From: Dimargaris cristalligena
Taxonomy: Eukaryota
NCBI GenBank assembly: GCA_003614675.1
Contig: ML002385.1
Span: forward strand, 1-34,957
Reading direction: 5' to 3'
Length of the DNA: 34,957 nucleotides
Part shown: one piece after another, positions 11,219 through 21,310 of the stretch
Layout: each line of letters starts with the position of its first letter
Numbering within the stretch: the first letter of the stretch is position 1
Made by a program: the position numbers and the translations under genes
Notes under the pieces: generated by a model
Told to the model about the DNA's origin: nothing
What the model saw: only the letters and a program-made list of their open reading frames with translations
Databases searched by the model: none

Positions 11219-11337
11219 AGTTGTGGCCATATGTCGGGATATGCTCCGTATCCCGTTAGATCTGCGAAGATAAGCCCCGATCAGTTGATTTAGTACTGAG
11301 GTGGGTGACCACTTGGGAATAGTCAATGCTACAACTT
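11219..11337 (+). rRNA. 5S rRNA gene (dispersed copy)
   Basis: ~119 nt. Helix I AGTTGTGGC/GCTACAACT, CCATA, CCGTATCCCGTTAGATCTGCGAAGATAAGC (box A region), TAGTA, GTGGGTGACCAC (box C region), GGGAA. Helix II TCGGG/CCCGA can pair. Confidence 0.95.
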
Positions 11338-11346
11338 TTTATTTTT
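11336..11346 (+). terminator. RNA polymerase III T-run terminator of the 5S gene
   Basis: TTTTTATTTTT directly after helix I 3' strand. Confidence 0.8.
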
Positions 11347-13718
11347 GGAATTTCGAATTATATGTATATATATTCTTTGGGGACTTTGTATTACAACCTA
11401 GGGGAAACTCCAACCCTCATAATCAGGAGGACAGCCGACCACATTATACTCTCCTTTTGGAAGATGATCCGCCAATGTATATGGGGGTCCAACCAACCCC
11501 CCTAATGGAAGAGGACGATCCTCCCTCGCCAACACAAGAACTACACCTCATCCCAGAAGAATAAAACTAACCACCCGCCCAGTGGAAAAGGATTCTGTGT
11601 CTTTAAATAAAATACTATTATTTTACCAATACGCCTATAGTTATTTTGCCTTCACGCCTGCTCCTCTCAGCACTAATTTCTTTACACGTTATCCTGTCCC
11701 ACTCGGCACTAGGTTACAGTATTATATTAGTAGCTAGAGAAGTAGGCCAGACCTTAACCAATCCCATATAAATTCGTCACAGTGATTATTCAGAAGGTGT
11801 CCTATGAAAATTTTATTTATGGTGTTAGTATAGTTTCAATGAGGAGGCTACTATACCGAAACCCGGTAGAATACATAATACTATTGCATATGTAGTTCGA
11901 TAATATAGTGAAAACCCCGTTCGCCAGGCTATATCCCACGGGCTTAGGAAATTCCCTAGCAATTACGCTGTATATATTTAAATATTTCTAAACAATTGCG
12001 CTAAACTACGATTGTATCTATTAATAACACTCGGTGTTTCATCAAGTATATTATTACTGCATCTGCACTTCTCGGTCCTTGTATCCAGTAATCGTGCTTC
12101 TAGTGGGGTTTCTCCTGTTGTTATAACACATAGTCGGTAACCTTCAACATTTGTGGGCATATGGGCGTATCAACAGGAATAAAAGAGTACCACCATATTC
12201 TAAAAATGTCTGTATTATACATTGCACTAAAAAATTCGAAGATCGATGGCTCCGCTGAATATATAGTGCCCAAGCCCATATACTTGTGAGGTCTTGTTAG
12301 AGGGGAGAGTGCTGGTCCGGCAAGGATAACCGCAAATTAGACCTTACGTATATGAATAATGGTCGATACGTCACTAACAGCCTCTTAATGCATGGGTAAG
12401 GTTCTCATAGCTTACATGGGAGGACCTCCGGCGATGGATACACCATTCAAATAGACTGGTATATATTTGGCCTCTGACTTGCTGAAGTTAATAGCTACAT
12501 TAAGCGTCCTTGAATTGGGATTGCTTTCCCACTTGTAACACACTCTTTATCCAAATAGATTGCTCCTGTAAGTCAAGTAAAAACAGAGATACCAATACGC
12601 TAGGTAGAATGATGGCTAAAATATTAGCGATGCATGACCGAATCGGATTGCAATAGATCGCAGCTCCAGCCTTTAGAACATACCCTGATAAACTATGGAC
12701 CCACACCAATGAGTCACCCGAGTGCGCTGCTTCATAATATGAACCTGTTTTTATTGTTTAGTAGCAGAGCATTAAGTTTGCTAGGAGGGATCGACAAGCT
12801 CCAATGTTAGTTGAGAAGACCTCGCACAATGATCTGTTAAACAAGCTGTTGTGCAACTGAACTTGTCTAAAATAAAAGGGTGGAAAGACGTGGCTTGAAG
12901 GACTCCCTCCTGATGAGGTTATCCATTCCACCCAAATTATACACATGCATAGTGGCTTTTGAATACTATTATAGCGTGGGACTTCCGAATCCCAATCAGG
13001 ATACGGTCTGCTGTAAATGTACTAGACATGCTATTGACGGGGGGCTGGTCAATTTCAAGACGCATCTGGTTTTGCCCACAATTCACTGGCTGAATTTAGT
13101 GATTGTCACCAAAAATCACCAAAGAGGAGGTTTTGGCCATCCGTTTTTTGTAGGGTTGCTTCGCCAAAACAGCATCTAGTACATGACTGTTCGCACTGCA
13201 TCCTATTGCTGACATGCGTGGTCATCTACGTGAAATACCTACTATAACGAAAGCGGGTAGGCAGGAAGGAATGGTACTTAACGAATTAGCGGCAGCTTGC
13301 GTCTATACCGACGAGGCCCAGCAAACCACACGAGTCTACTGGTACAGCAAAGGAGGCTGATGACTATAACAAACATCCGGCTGAATCCTTGGCATAACGG
13401 ATAAAGAAATGTATACCTTCTTGCGGTCAGTGGTAGCAGCATGTCCATTTCCCAATCTGAGCTGCGCTAATCACTGCGGCATAACACATACAGTATGTAT
13501 TATTAAACAGTCTGCTATTTCAACAGAAAGATGCAGCAATGACATGTCGCCGCATACATCGTTTTCCCAAAGACTTCTTCCAAGCCGCGTAATGCGCCGC
13601 CTTTATAAAGCGCCTATCCGCCGGTTTCCCAACCGCCACCCCTTTCTTAATATATCTCATTCTTTATAGGCATATCTTCTCAGCCCCTTTGATCCGTCCT
13701 TTCCCATTGTTATCACCT

Positions 13719-13892
13719 GTACGTCAAGCGTTGTTTCAGCTTCCTGCCTGTATTGCCCGACTCCCCCCGTTTGTGTATTATACACTTACCCACCCAACCA
13801 ACCGGTCCCAATCGGCCGTCATTACCGTCTACCTTCCTATTAAAAGTGTCTGAAGTCTGCCTGCCCTGGTCCAACTAAAACCTTCCCACTAG
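13719..13892 (+). other. Probable 5'-UTR intron of the Argonaute gene (174 nt)
   Basis: GTACGT donor at 13719, ACTAAA branch-like site at ~13874, pyrimidine tract and CTAG acceptor ending 13892. TATAAA at 13604-13609 upstream. Confidence 0.55.
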
Positions 13893-13971
13893 GTCGAATC
13901 GTTTTCCTATATACCTGTTCCCTTATTGTACACCACCCCTTAGCACACCCTCCCTCGGACCAAGCACCATT

Positions 13972-16524
13972 ATGGCCCAGCAGCTCACTATCGCGCAGCG
14001 TCCGGACTTTGGCACTCAGGGTGCCCGTTTACCCATTCACGCCAACGTCTACGAAATCACGAGCTTTGGCAAGGATACCATCCACCACTACGACTTCAAA
14101 ATCGACCCTGAGGTGCCCGCCGACCTGGGTCGCCAGGTGTTTGGGGCCCTGGAGAACCGGCAGCGCCACAAGGCCTTCAAGGGCTCCTTCCCCGTCTTTG
14201 ACGGCAAATTCAACGTGTTCTCGCCGGTTCGACTGGCCCTACAGAACAACACGGGCTCCTTCGAGGTGTATCTGCCCCGCGACGAGAAGCGCCGCCAGGA
14301 AGCACCCCAGGGCAAAGGTCCCAAACCCTTCAAAGTCACCATTAGCCACGCCGTCGAAATTAACCTGGCGCTCCTGCACGAGTTCATAGCCGGGCGCACC
14401 GGCAGTAGCCCGCCCGTCCAGATGGCCATCAATGCCCTGGACATTGCTTTCCACCACCTGCCCGCCAGCCAATACCCCAGCGCCAAGAACTCCTTCTACA
14501 CCTCGGCCGAAAAGCGACCTCTGTCGGGTGGGATCGAGGTGTGGTCGGGCCTGTTCCAGTCGGTGCGTCCCTCCTTGGGTCGCCTGGTCCTTAATGTGGA
14601 CGTGAGCTCGACGGCCTTCTATGCCGCTGGTCCCCTGTTGGACAGCGCCGCCAAATTCATGAACCTGCGCAGCCCCAGCCAGTTGACTTCCCTCCGGGAG
14701 GCCGACTGGCGTAAACTGCACAAGTGGGCCAAGGGACTGCCCATCACGGTGAGCCACCGGTCCGACGGCCGCACCTTCAAGGTGAAGGGCATCACCTCTC
14801 GAGGGGCCGACCGAACCATGTTCAAGCTGCGCCAGGATGACAACACCGAGATTGACATGTCGGTGGCGAACTACTTCACCAAGAATTTGAATGTCCGTTT
14901 GAATTACCCGGAGCTCCCCTGTGTCGAACTGAAGCGTGGGGTCATGCTGCCCCTGGAGATATGCCAGGTCGCCTCGGGCCACCGCTACCGCCGCAAACTC
15001 GACGAGAACCAGACGGCCGAAATGATCAAGTTCACCTGTGTAAAGCCCTCGGATCGGTTCAATCGTATCCGCAAGAATGCCGAGCAGCTGCTCCGGTTTG
15101 AGGCCAACCCCTACCTCAAGGCGTTCGGCATCAAGGTGGGCCGCGAGTTGCTCACTGTCGCCGGCCGGGTGCTTCCCCCACCCACCGTGATTTATGGTGC
15201 CACATCCCGGGAACCCACCATCCGCCCCCGGGACGGCTCCTGGAATATGCGCGACAAAAGGCTGGTTATGGGTGCTGACTTGCCCTCCTACGGGATTCTG
15301 GTGTTGGATCGACAGAGTGAGCAGAACAGTCGGATGGTTCTGGATTTCATGCAACAGTTCAACAACAACCTGCGCAACATGGGTATCAGAGTACCTAGCG
15401 GACGTCCCCAAATTGAATTCGGCCACCCGATGCAAGACATGGGCAGTAATCTTCGCAAGGCCTGGGATAGCGGCCGAAAGGCGTTTGGTGCACTACCCAA
15501 GATTATTTACGTGGTACTAGGCTCGACGGCTGCTGTGATTTACGGCGAGGTCAAACGTATCTCGGATACCCAAATGGGGGCTCCAACCCAGTGCATGCAA
15601 ATTAAACATTTGCGACGTCCCAACATCCAGTACATGGCGAACGTGGCCCTCAAAGTGAATGTTAAGCTAGGCGGTGTCAACAGCTATCTGGAGCCCCGTG
15701 ACACCCCGTTTCTGGCCCGCGAGCCCACGATGGTCATTGGGGCGGATGTGACTCACCCTGGCCCCGGCAACACCACCGACCCCTCCATCGCCGCTGTTAT
15801 ATGCTCGATGGATTCACGCATGACCAAATTCAAGAGCCAGGTCAGCCCCCTACCCCCGCGTACCGAGATCATCGCAAACCTGGAGGGCACGATGGCCCAA
15901 ATGTTCCAAGCCTTCCGAAACCAGACCACACAGCTCCCCCGCCGTATCCTGTTTTACCGGGATGGTGTGTCTGAATCCCAGTTCCAAACCGTGCTGACCC
16001 ATGAACTGGGGGCGATTAAAAAAGCCGCCGCATCCTTCTACAAGAATTCGGTCCCAGTTACCTTTGTGACTTGCCAGAAGCGCCACCATATCCGCTTTAT
16101 GCCCGCCCAGGCCAACCGGGCCGACCGCTCGGGCAATTGCCCCGCGGGTACCGTGGTGGACCGCGACATTACCCACCCCAAGGAGTTCGACTTCTTCCTG
16201 CAGGCCCACGGTGGCCTCCAGGGCACTTCACGCCCCACCCACTACACAGTGCTTCACGACGAGAACAAGTTCACTGCCGACAGCCTTCAGGTGCTCACCA
16301 ACCAAATGTGCTACCTGTTCCCCCGCTGTACCCGTTCCGTATCCCTGTGTCCACCCGCCTACTTTGCGGACCTGTTGGCCTTCCGCGCCCGTTACCACCG
16401 CCATGGTCGAGTAGAATCTACTGACGACGATGCTGGCAGTACTATTTCCACGGCCGCCCAAAACCAGCCCACTGCGCTGGTATCCGTCGTGGACCGATTG
16501 ACCAGTACTCTATACTTTATGTGA
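13972..16524 (+). CDS. Argonaute protein (N-L1-PAZ-L2-MID-PIWI), RNA silencing effector
   Basis: 850 aa uninterrupted. RPDFGTQG, GLFQSVRP, LNVDVSSTAFY, SVANYF..LNYPELPCV (PAZ), YGEVKR..TQC, KVNVKLGGVN (MID), GADVTHP, YRDGVSESQF, QKRHHIRF, GTVVDRDITHP, QGTSRPTHY, PPAYFADL (PIWI). Confidence 0.98.
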   Translation: MAQQLTIAQRPDFGTQGARLPIHANVYEITSFGKDTIHHYDFKIDPEVPADLGRQVFGALENRQRHKAFKGSFPVFDGKFNVFSPVRLALQNNTGSFEVYLPRDEKRRQEAPQGKGPKPFKVTISHAVEINLALLHEFIAGRTGSSPPVQMAINALDIAFHHLPASQYPSAKNSFYTSAEKRPLSGGIEVWSGLFQSVRPSLGRLVLNVDVSSTAFYAAGPLLDSAAKFMNLRSPSQLTSLREADWRKLHKWAKGLPITVSHRSDGRTFKVKGITSRGADRTMFKLRQDDNTEIDMSVANYFTKNLNVRLNYPELPCVELKRGVMLPLEICQVASGHRYRRKLDENQTAEMIKFTCVKPSDRFNRIRKNAEQLLRFEANPYLKAFGIKVGRELLTVAGRVLPPPTVIYGATSREPTIRPRDGSWNMRDKRLVMGADLPSYGILVLDRQSEQNSRMVLDFMQQFNNNLRNMGIRVPSGRPQIEFGHPMQDMGSNLRKAWDSGRKAFGALPKIIYVVLGSTAAVIYGEVKRISDTQMGAPTQCMQIKHLRRPNIQYMANVALKVNVKLGGVNSYLEPRDTPFLAREPTMVIGADVTHPGPGNTTDPSIAAVICSMDSRMTKFKSQVSPLPPRTEIIANLEGTMAQMFQAFRNQTTQLPRRILFYRDGVSESQFQTVLTHELGAIKKAAASFYKNSVPVTFVTCQKRHHIRFMPAQANRADRSGNCPAGTVVDRDITHPKEFDFFLQAHGGLQGTSRPTHYTVLHDENKFTADSLQVLTNQMCYLFPRCTRSVSLCPPAYFADLLAFRARYHRHGRVESTDDDAGSTISTAAQNQPTALVSVVDRLTSTLYFM

Positions 16525-17161
16525 TTGGCTTCTCCTGTGGATCTGCGCGTGACGCACGCAGCACAAAGAGGAATAATACCTTCATCATGTTTAGCCAGGC
16601 TTTTATTTTTAATTTGTTATCCCGTGATCTATTATTTCAATTGGTTGGGAGGGTGAGGCATTACTTTGCATCTACTATTATAGTATTTGCCTTGCTTATT
16701 ATCGATTACTTAAAGTATTCTGGCATTTTTCAACGACTATGGCTAGGATATGATATCTAGTATACTGTGCCATTTCTATCACGAACGACAAGTTTCGAGG
16801 CACATTTTCCATCTTTTTTTCGACGGACCTCTCGTCTAGTCTTTAAAACACACATTCGCTTTGCTTGCATTAAACCCCTTTCCATATAAACGCAATACAA
16901 ATATAATTTGCATCCGACATGCTAACGCTTGCAAAGCCGAGGGGTTGATTGAAGAGAATTTCCAGTGTTGAAGTGGAAGCTGAAGTGAAATGGATAACTT
17001 CGCTGTATCGAATTGAAAAAAATGGCGCAAGTCCTACTATTACATTTACCATCTCAGTATATTTATTTGCAGCCAACAGCGTCTTGAGCATCCTAAAAAA
17101 CAATCCTAGTATGGCAAGATATGGGGAGGGGATAAAAGATAGAACCATAATATTTATTGGC

Positions 17162-18775
17162 TTATTGGCCTTGGCGAGGCTGAGATGATGGCGAAGCTTC
17201 ATCAGGTTTACTCAAAGAGCGAAGGAAATCGACATACGAGGAGGACTGGGTGCCTGTTGGCTGGGGGGGTGGCGGTGAAGTAAATCCCGGTTGGCCGTAG
17301 ATTGCGGCCTGGGGATGTTGGGGATAGTGGTGTGGGTGGGGTTGGTAAGACTGATGCGGATTTGGGTGGTGTTGGGGCTGGTAATGGGGTTGCTGCTGAT
17401 GTTGGGGATGGGGATGGGCATTAGTATGGGGATGAGGCTGGGGTTGTGCATAAGCGGGGGCGGGGGATTGGTTATCGGAAAAGAACATATCATCGTAATT
17501 TACGATCCGGGCATCGGGGCGGGCGGCGGGGAATAATGCCGACGGCCGGTCATCACTGAATGGATTCGACGGTGGAGCGATGGTCGGTCTAGGAGCGAAG
17601 AGCGACGACTGCGTCTGGGGCAGCGACTGTGGCTGTGGCTGCGATTGGAATTGAATCTGAGGCGGAGCATAAGAGTGAGGGTTAGGGTGTGAATATGGAT
17701 ACTGTTGTTGTTGCGGCTGTGAAGCATGGCTACCAAATGGGTTCATTCTTGTGGACGCTGACGCGAGAATGGAGGAAGCGGGTACTGACGCCACACCAGT
17801 AGTGGGTTTGCCCGCCGCCGCTGCCACCTGCTGTTTCCGGGCCTGGGCCTTGGCCCGCTTTTCCTTCTGTTTCTTCGCCTTATAATCCATCTCGGCATCA
17901 TCGTCCGAAAAGTCAACATCACTGCCCACGATTTCCTCGTCGTATAAATTACTGGCGTCCGACCCCTTATTCTGGGACCGTAGATAGTAGAGCGAGATTT
18001 TGGAAGCCGTTGGGGGGGAGTAGTAGAGGGTGGTGCCGAGGGCAATGTGCCACTTTTCGGTCAGTTCAACAGTCGAAGCGAAACGCACCACAAAAGTGGG
18101 GCGGAAAATGGAACCAATGGACTCGTCGAGGCCCCCAATTACCTGGCGGTCGCCCAGGGCAATGGGTGTACCCAAATTGAGGGTCTGGTTTTCCCGGTTG
18201 AGTTGTTCGGCCGTTTCTGGTGCGGAGGTGATCATGATGGCCCGGTCAACGATGGAGGAGACCTGCCCCAGTATGACAAGGGGGACATCGTCGGGAAGGT
18301 GGGTAATGGTCACTTGGGTGGGTTCGGCGTCGACGGCTTCATTTTTGGAGTGAATGGGCCGTTTGGAGTAGTTGTCATCATCGGCCCCCCCTCCGTCCTC
18401 GGGGGCTTCATCATCCGCAAACTGACCGGCGAGCTGGGCCATGCGGGCGATAATATCGCTGTCGTCGTCCGAGCTATCCGAGTCACTATCGTCATTGCCG
18501 GCGGGTTCGTTGTTTGTGGGGAGTTCAGGACTAACCGTAACGGGAGTGGGTTCAGGCCCCTTCTCGGGGACATGCGAAGTCTTTGGTGGTTCAGTCTGTT
18601 CAATAACAACAGCAGCCGTGTCGGGTTCGCTATCGGACTCGCCAGCTCCAATTAGGGCAGCGTCGAATTCCAAGGACTGGGTGGTTTCGCTCACGGCCGG
18701 TGCAACCGTCTCAGTTGCCATAACGGCCGGAGGAGGAGGGGTTCCCAAGGGGTTGTTAGAAGAGTTAGGTTCCAT
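17162..18775 (-). CDS. NAF1: H/ACA snoRNP assembly factor Naf1 (Gar1/Naf1 domain)
   Basis: Likely start at MEPNSS (18775), giving 537 aa. Acidic N-terminus, SKNE, LGQVSSIVD..LNLGTPIALGDRQVIG..PTFVVRF domain, hallmark KGSDASNLYDEE..DFSDDDAE, basic stretch and P/Q/H-rich C-terminus. Confidence 0.9.
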   Translation of the reverse strand: MEPNSSNNPLGTPPPPAVMATETVAPAVSETTQSLEFDAALIGAGESDSEPDTAAVVIEQTEPPKTSHVPEKGPEPTPVTVSPELPTNNEPAGNDDSDSDSSDDDSDIIARMAQLAGQFADDEAPEDGGGADDDNYSKRPIHSKNEAVDAEPTQVTITHLPDDVPLVILGQVSSIVDRAIMITSAPETAEQLNRENQTLNLGTPIALGDRQVIGGLDESIGSIFRPTFVVRFASTVELTEKWHIALGTTLYYSPPTASKISLYYLRSQNKGSDASNLYDEEIVGSDVDFSDDDAEMDYKAKKQKEKRAKAQARKQQVAAAAGKPTTGVASVPASSILASASTRMNPFGSHASQPQQQQYPYSHPNPHSYAPPQIQFQSQPQPQSLPQTQSSLFAPRPTIAPPSNPFSDDRPSALFPAARPDARIVNYDDMFFSDNQSPAPAYAQPQPHPHTNAHPHPQHQQQPHYQPQHHPNPHQSYQPHPHHYPQHPQAAIYGQPGFTSPPPPQPTGTQSSSYVDFLRSLSKPDEASPSSQPRQGQ

Positions 18776-19831
18776 GGCCAATAAGAGGGAAATGTAGAGC
18801 AATGTGACCAGAAAACGTATATCGATAAGCAAAGGTACTGTGAAGAGAACTAGGCATGTATGGTCCCAGTTATGCGCATTGAAACCGAAGTTTGCCAAAA
18901 AAAAAAAAAAAAAAACCGTGTGGTAAGGGTAATAAATTATCTGGTCAGTAATAGATGATTCTGCCACTGGAACCAACAAAATCAATGGCGTAAATAGGAA
19001 GCACTGGTGGCAAACGAAGTCACATGACCGGCCCATTGCGAGAAATACACCCATTACAATATTCCTATGTCACTGAATCTGCTGGACATTCCTCCGCCAC
19101 TACCTCTACAAATTTAGGGGGTTATTCTTCTAGTAGATACTATCACAAATCAAAAATATAAATGAAGTGTCCAAAATGGACTCAAGCGGAGCTTGGAGGA
19201 CTAGTTCAGGGCTCTGAATATGAGTGATCTGGTGGCTATTCATATTTTTATCATGGATTAGCATTCGGTTAACAGAGACACAGGAAGCACCACTGACGTA
19301 GAATTATGTTGACCCACACTACCCAATTCAGATAGTCCAAGTCAACCATTCACAACATTAAGTCACGTCAATGCCCTACCAATTTGGAATGCCCGAATTA
19401 CGGCAAGCTGGTTTAGAGACCTAGCTTATAATTAAGGAACTCATAGTATTAAAAAGGGGCTCGCTAATCAGATAAGATACATATATATACCGCTGCAAAG
19501 GGGTGTACGATTTATTGGAGGATTACAGACAACGGACATTAACAGCCCCCTCGCTGAATAAGTTAAACGAGTATCACCCTAGTCAAAGATCAAGGAGAGA
19601 GGGGGTAGAGTAGGGGGTATAAACAATATAGGGACATCAGTCCTATCTCGTTATATATAGCATAAATGGGCGAGATATGGGCCTGACCAACTTCCAGTAT
19701 GATTCCTATGCATTATAAGTACGAGTCAGGGTAATCGGGGCACTAACGTGTCTATAGAGAGAGGGGGGGGAGGGGATAAGCGCACGGGGGGGGGGTATAG
19801 CAATAAATAAAACTGCCCAGCGGCCAGTTAC

Positions 19832-20689
19832 TTAGTTGCCGAAAGTGAGAGAGAGACCCAGACGGTGGGCGTTCTCGTTCAACTTGGAGGTGTCGAACAG
19901 ACCACCCAGAGCCACAGTGACACCGGGGCGGAGAGACTGGGAGTAGCCGAGACCGAGCTGGCCAGCGTTGTTGATCTTGGCCTTGACGAAGGAGTAGGAG
20001 TCCAGGTAGTACTTGGTACCGACCTCGAGGTTGACAGCGTTGGCGGTGGACTTGGCGTCGAAGGTGGCCTTGGCACCGGCTTCGACATCGGCGCTGACGC
20101 GGTGGTAGAAGGAGGCGGCGAACAGGTTCAGGCCCTCGAGGGCGTGCAGGGCCACGGCGTAGTCGGGACCGGTGTAACCCAGGGCACCGGTGTATTTGGT
20201 GACCTTACCGTTGAGCAGGTCGTAGCCGACCTCACCACCGGCCAGAAAGCCGTCACGGCCGACCACCAGGTCGGTGTGGAAGGTGGGGCCCTTGAAGAGG
20301 TCGATCACCGACTTGGCGGTCAGGTTCTTCTGCTTGTAGTCCAGGGTGACCTTGGCGTTCTTCGCGCCACCGGTCACGGGGAGGAGGGAGCCGGCCACGT
20401 TCAGCTTCAGACCCTTGGCAGCCTGGTTCAGGACCTCAACTTCAGTGGTGAGCAGGTTCTTAGTGGTCCAGGAGTGGGTGAAGGTGAGGCCGTTGACCTT
20501 GTCGGCATATTTGGTCTTGAGCTCACCAGTGATGCCACCGGACTTCTGGTCCTGGGTACCGTTGACGGTGAAATTGACGCCGTTGGCGGTCAGGGTCTTG
20601 ACCTCCAGCTTGACGCTGCCGATGGGGAAATCCTTACCCAGGAGATCCTTGGAGGACTTGCCAATATCGCAGTAGGTGGGGACGGCCAT
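19832..20689 (-). CDS. POR1: Mitochondrial outer-membrane porin (VDAC)
   Basis: 285 aa. MAVPTYCDIGKSSKDLLGKDF N-helix, KLEVKT..NGVNF, SFYHRVS, VKAKINNAGQLGLGYSQSLRPGV, HRLGLSLTF beta-signal. Confidence 0.97.
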   Translation of the reverse strand: MAVPTYCDIGKSSKDLLGKDFPIGSVKLEVKTLTANGVNFTVNGTQDQKSGGITGELKTKYADKVNGLTFTHSWTTKNLLTTEVEVLNQAAKGLKLNVAGSLLPVTGGAKNAKVTLDYKQKNLTAKSVIDLFKGPTFHTDLVVGRDGFLAGGEVGYDLLNGKVTKYTGALGYTGPDYAVALHALEGLNLFAASFYHRVSADVEAGAKATFDAKSTANAVNLEVGTKYYLDSYSFVKAKINNAGQLGLGYSQSLRPGVTVALGGLFDTSKLNENAHRLGLSLTFGN

Positions 20690-21310
20690 GATGTTAAAGA
20701 AGCGAAGTGTGTGGAGGGATCGGAAGGATCAGGAAAGGGGAAGAACAAGTAATCAGGAGATGGACAACAGGAGTTGGTGTATAAGAGAGAAAAGCAAGAG
20801 CGGTGGCACAACTAAGTCCGTATTATACGTTGGCCGGAACGGGGTGGGCGGGTGGCTTCGGGTGATACACTGGCGGCGGGGCTGGGAAAGTGAATAGATA
20901 GCAGCAACGCCCTGCTAAACACCACTCCGAAACTCAGACCCGCCGGTTTGACTTAAGGATGGACCAATCACCGGTGGTTATTTTACCCTAATGCGCATAC
21001 AGCTAGAAGGGGGTGGCCTGACCTGTTTGCATTTGTCCCACCCGCACCGCCCAATGGCCAACGTGACTGAGGGGAAAGAGCCTATATGCTAACCGCAGCT
21101 TGTCCTACACAACACCCTCCTAATCGTGACGCCATGAGCATATAGGCTCCCCAACGACAACCCCGCGCGCCTTATCCATAAGAGAGACCCTCCCCTGCCT
21201 CCTTTTCCCAAACCCCCCGTTCACTACTTCTCTCCTACTCCACCCCGTATCACTCGTCCTTTACCTTTCCTTTACTTTATATTCCTTCCCCCACCCCACC
21301 CTCTACCACC
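20690..21310. promoter_or_regulatory. Divergent (probably bidirectional) promoter region between VDAC and PGK
   Basis: 621 nt head-to-head spacer. CCAAT at 20964 and 21051, TATAAT on minus at ~20822-20827, perfect 13-bp inverted repeat 21078-21090/21137-21149, pyrimidine-rich leaders on both sides. Confidence 0.7.

Noticed and set aside
13084..13140. Minus-strand SLVIFGDNH*IQPV resembling SF1 helicase motif III (Helitron/RecD remnant)
   Set aside because: No Walker A/B or downstream helicase motifs at appropriate spacing; likely chance.
14239..15435. 398-aa antisense ORF within Argonaute (similarly 1951-2331, 21607-22299, 32766-33605)
   Set aside because: Expected shadow ORFs from C/G-ending codon bias of the sense genes.
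18776..19054. 93-aa hydrophobic N-terminal extension of NAF1 in the ORF track
   Set aside because: Runs through a long poly-T tract and AT-rich promoter-like sequence; Naf1 has no such segment. Start placed at 18775.
19762..19796. G-runs with G-quadruplex potential downstream of VDAC
   Set aside because: C homopolymers occur after several stop codons here (5811, 22832); a general 3'-UTR compositional feature.
19865..20752. 295-aa ORF antisense to VDAC
   Set aside because: Codon-bias mirror of a highly expressed gene; GTG start, no domain.
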